Source of the DNA: Xylographa opegraphella
Lineage: Eukaryota
Assembly (NCBI GenBank): GCA_022813865.1
Contig: JALDZX010000067.1
Coordinates: 62,001 to 102,755, forward strand
Length of the DNA: 40,755 nucleotides
Direction of reading: 5' to 3'
Made by a program: the position numbers and the translations under genes
The notes under the pieces: model-generated
Databases searched by the model: none
What the model was told of the DNA's origin: nothing
Seen by the model: the letters and a program-made list of their open reading frames with translations, nothing else
Part shown: piece after piece, positions 37,007 to 40,755 of the stretch
How positions within the stretch are numbered: the stretch's first letter is position 1
Layout of the letters: each line of letters opens with the position of its first letter

Positions 37007-39862
37007 TCACCCTGCCCGATCCCTCTGTGCCTTCGCTGCTTTCAGGGCCTTAATAACCTTGTCCAGCGAGGCTCCAGGGGCTCCAGAGGCCATTCTCTCT
37101 GCCTCCATCTCCCCTACCACCGCACCAAGGTCCCCGTTTACCCCTGCCCGGCGCCTGACCTCGTCGATGATAACGCGGCGAGTACTATAGTACTGCCGCT
37201 CCTTCACCGACCTCCAGGCCGTGCCCCACACCCGATCCAGCTCCTCCACCGACGGCATTCCACCAAAGCCCACAGTCCACTCCCTCCAGAGTCCCGGGAT
37301 ATCCTTTACATCCCTCGACAGGCGATACGACGGCGCCGCCGCAGCGGCGGCGAGGGCGGCGATCGGCGACGGGGCGAAAGGCGCCGGTCCCGTCAAGCTG
37401 ACGGGACCACAAGGCGGACCACAAGACGGAGGAGGCTCGAAGGAGGGGCGGAGAGCAATCCGCACGCCGCCAAAGGAAGGCGACGGCGACTCGTCGCGGT
37501 GCCGCAGGGTTCTATCAAATCCCTGCGGCAGCAGTCTCGATCGACCCGGGGTAAAGGTCAGGCTTAGCTGACCGCCGAGGGAGTCCTCGACGGAGCTGCG
37601 CAAAGCCTTCACCTCCGCGGCTAGATCACTGATCTGCTTCGCGTGCTTCGCGTGCTTCGCGTCCCCTGTCTGGATGATACCAGTTAGAGTCCGCAAGCGC
37701 TCCGCGACCGCAGGCAGGGCCTTCTCTACCATCATCGAGTGTGGATCCTCCTCTTTTACTAGCTGAACAGCTCGGCGCATTTCCTGCGCGAACGCAGCGT
37801 ACTCCGAGGAGGCGAAAAGGGGGTCGCGGAAGATGGGGTGGTCCGGGAAGGCGTCCCGGAAGCAAACAGAGTCCTATAGTGTAATTAATTAGCTAGTTCA
37901 ACTCAAAGAAGGAGGCATACCTGTAGAAAAACCTCTCTGAGCCTCATCAAGAGGTCCAGAAAGGCACCAGCCGCACGGTTCGGCTCCACGGTCTCTGTCG
38001 CGCCGGGTAGCTGCATATGCGCAGCGAACCAGCCGTCCAGAGCCGGCCAGACACAACGGGAAAGGGAGGCGGAGGGCTTCACGGTCGCCCGAGGAAGAAA
38101 GTAGGAACCGGGATAGTCGGGGTCGAAGTCCGCTATCCCGCACATAAACCCGCGCGGCAGGGTCGTTAGATAGCAGCCAGTCATCTGGTCTGCGTTCCAA
38201 CGACCAGCGCGGCGAATCTGTAAACGTAGTTAGTAAATAGATATGGAAGGGGGGGGGGGGCTTACCTGGTCCTCGCTGATACCAGCATCCTCCGCATGCT
38301 TCGGCGCCATCTCCCGCGGAAGATGCCCAGTCCGAGAGCCTATGATGCCGGCAGCATCATAAATCTTGCGGATCCAGGACCCAGCCGTGGCGTCGGACAG
38401 CCGCTCGACGAGGTGCGCCTGATCCCGATGCAGAACTTTCATACTGTACCAGTTTTCACTGGTACGAAAGCACGGGAAGGGCTCGCCGGAGGACTGCCAC
38501 CGCCAAAAGAACCAGAAGGCAAGGCCGCCGACGGGGCAGGAGAAGACGTTTCGATGGCGCAGGGCGCCAGCTCGCTCGGCGCGGCCGTGCTGGTTGGTCT
38601 TGCCTATACCTACTGTTAGCCAACGCCTTCTACAGGGTGCTGGACAGCCCGAACACGGGCTGTCCAGCACAAACGAGCAAGCAAAGAAGCAGAAAAAAGG
38701 AGGGGGTTAGAAAGGAGGCGGAGGGGGGGACCGGCGCCTCGAAACAAGCAAGCAAGGGAAGAACTCGAGGACTCACTGTTGTCCATATGGGCTATCAGAG
38801 CCCAGTACTTGCTTCCAGGAGGACCTTCTTTCGGCAGCGGCATCGGCAGCAGATCGGGCAACTCCAGCCCAAGCCGGTTGCCCAACCGCATGCACATGAA
38901 GTGCCCAAGCAGAAAATCAGTCCGGGTGCGCAGGGCAGCCCCGACTGACTTCTGCGCCGTCCAAGAGAAGGCGGCGCGAGCGACGTCGGGTATCTGCTCA
39001 GGAGTATACCCATCGATGACGCTGCCTATGCCGCGGTCCACAAATTCGGACCGTCGGCGGGCATGCTCGCGCCGAGAGACGCTGATCTGTATCGCCTTCA
39101 AGGGAACACCTTGAGGGCGAGGGGCCTTATGCACCAGCTGCGAAACTTGGTGCGCCCACAACTCGTTGATCGCGGAGACATAGCTCCGAATGGTGTTATA
39201 TTGCAACACCAATTCGGAGCCATGCTCCTCGTCCTCGGAGCCAGAACCAGCGTCCTCTTCCTCCTCCCGCTCCCCCCCCGCTGCCGCCGGTTGTCCCCCC
39301 GCTGCTGCCCGTCTCTTTTTGACCTCCGCGAGGCCTTCCTGCTTCGCCAGCTTCTCCTAGTCTCTTTTCCTCTTCTGCCTCTTCTTCTCCGCCGCAAGGC
39401 GAGGACCGCCCGGGGCGCGCGTTCTGCTACCTGCTCTTTGATGAAGAGCAGGAGCTTCCCTTCGTCGACCCAGTCGCCCGGGAGGTATGCCGACCCCGAC
39501 GCAGGACCGCCGAAGCCCTGCGCTGCGCACCATTCCTGCGACGAAGTTAGCAAGCGGAAAGCGCAGAAGAGAAGAGAGGGGGAGGGGGGGGAGGGGGGGT
39601 GCGCGACGCAAAACAGAAGGGGAAGAGGAAACAGACGTACCCTCCACTCCTTCTGCTTCGGGCGATACGCCTTCGTAGTGTTCTTGGGTCTTACGGAATC
39701 GTGATTCCGTAAGACCTCCAAGACGGCCGCTTGCACGCGGAGGTCGACGAGGCGCTGCACCGCAGCAGCATCTTCCTCCGCCGTGCCGGCGGCCACAACA
39801 GGCTCGGATCGGGGAGGGGGGAGGCCAACGGAGGCAGGGAGGACGTTCACTATAGTAGCCAT
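37007..39862 (-). mobile_element. Crypton (CryptonF-type) tyrosine-recombinase transposon, inactivated
   Basis: Spliced reading gives RPKNTTKAYRPKQKEW, VDEGKLLLF, TIRSYVSAINELW, DFLLGHFMCMR, GKTNQHGR..RHRNVFSCPVGGLAFWFFWRW, GHLPR, IRRAGRW, MTGCY, FPDHPIF and a C-terminal GCR1_C-like YRLSRDVKDIPGLWREW..SVEELDRVWGTAWR. Frameshift at about 39410 and TAG at 39357-39359. Confidence 0.88.
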
Positions 39863-40755
39863 TAGTTAGTAAGAAGAGAGAAAAGAAGAAGCAGAAAGGG
39901 GAGCAGAAACCAGAGCGACCTGGGGGCGAGATGTTCGATCAATTGCCCCCGCAGCCAACGGCGGATCCGCGTGGAAGTCCTAAGGTCTGCTGGTAGTAGC
40001 AGACCTTCGAAAGCACTGTTAGCGCGGTCATCAAGGTGTAATCGGGAGGCCTTACACACCAAAACACCAGACCTTAATAAGGTCTGGTGGTGCAATCCGG
40101 CAGCCCGAACGGTAGAGGAATTCGCTGTGAAGGGGGGTGTCATCTGAGGTCTTGGCGTCATTCGATGATGCCAAGACCTCGGATACCAAAGGATATCATT
40201 GGGGTTGGATCAAAGCTAATCCTTGAAGAGTTTTCCAGAGTTGGTGTGTTCTTCTGTCCAAGTAGCTTCCCAGGCGCCAAGCCTTGAACTTGAACGGGCA
40301 CGGGCCTGATTTCCGGATTTTCCGTCTGACCCGGAGGGGCACAGGTGCAGCCACCTTCTTTAAAGCGATGTATAAGTTCAGCTACAAGGCGCCGCCAGAA
40401 AGTGAGTTTACTTGCCTAATCGGGGGATAATACATGGCCAGGGTCTGGCCAATCAGTCCGCCAGGATTGTCCCCACGTAATATAATGATAATTATTATTA
40501 CGCCCGGAGGCACTAAACCTAAAGGGCTCTACTACGCTAATTACATAATTCCGCTTCCTTCTTTGCCGACATAAACACCTAAATAACCCTTACAGATTGC
40601 TAGCACATATTATATCTTTTGGTATTGAATTTAGGGCGCAGTCTCACGTGATCACTAATTGACTAAGCAACGCTAGAACCTCTATAACGTGATTTATGTA
40701 ACGGCGTGTTACATGGCACCTTAACAAGTGATAGACGGAACGGGACTAAAGCGCG

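Noticed and set aside
37007..39862. Starship captain (DUF3435) carrying the cassette as cargo
   Set aside because: The motifs (GKTNQHGR, GCR1_C-like C-terminus) fit Crypton/Ndc10-like recombinases rather than DUF3435, and no element boundaries are visible.
39862..40400. Second ORF upstream of the Crypton
   Set aside because: Short, interrupted by stops and no recognisable homology.
1..40755. tRNA, rRNA, CRISPR or telomeric arrays
   Set aside because: None recognised by eye; tRNAscan-SE and Infernal were not run.

Overview
Eukaryotic DNA from a filamentous ascomycete (Pezizomycotina), judged from short GT-AG introns with CTRAY branch sites, typical fungal genes and RIP-like AT-rich repeat relics. 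Left part (1-23 kb), mostly housekeeping genes: 5' end of a flavin amine oxidase, a Yox1-type homeobox factor, an NmrA/isoflavone-reductase-like protein, a MORG1-like WD40 protein, a membrane GT2, Jac1, Yos9 (GC-AG intron) and Ptc7. It also holds an inverted-repeat element, a kinase pseudogene and an orphan ORF. Right part (23.3-40.7 kb) looks accessory and partly decayed: a divergent valyl-tRNA synthetase, a broken alpha/beta hydrolase, an unidentified coding relic, a GCPII/M28 peptidase homolog lacking its catalytic Glu and one Zn ligand, a frameshifted MFS transporter, an intronless bacterial-style GT2 and an inactivated Crypton transposon. A 33-bp motif (31/33 identical) occurs upstream of ValRS and again 9 kb away in the peptidase/MFS divergent promoter. 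The best candidate for a new system is a co-regulated ValRS + GT2 + MFS + pseudopeptidase cassette for resistance to, or production of, a ValRS-targeting metabolite. That reading is an inference: no core biosynthetic enzyme is visible here. Family assignments come from motif recognition, not database searches.
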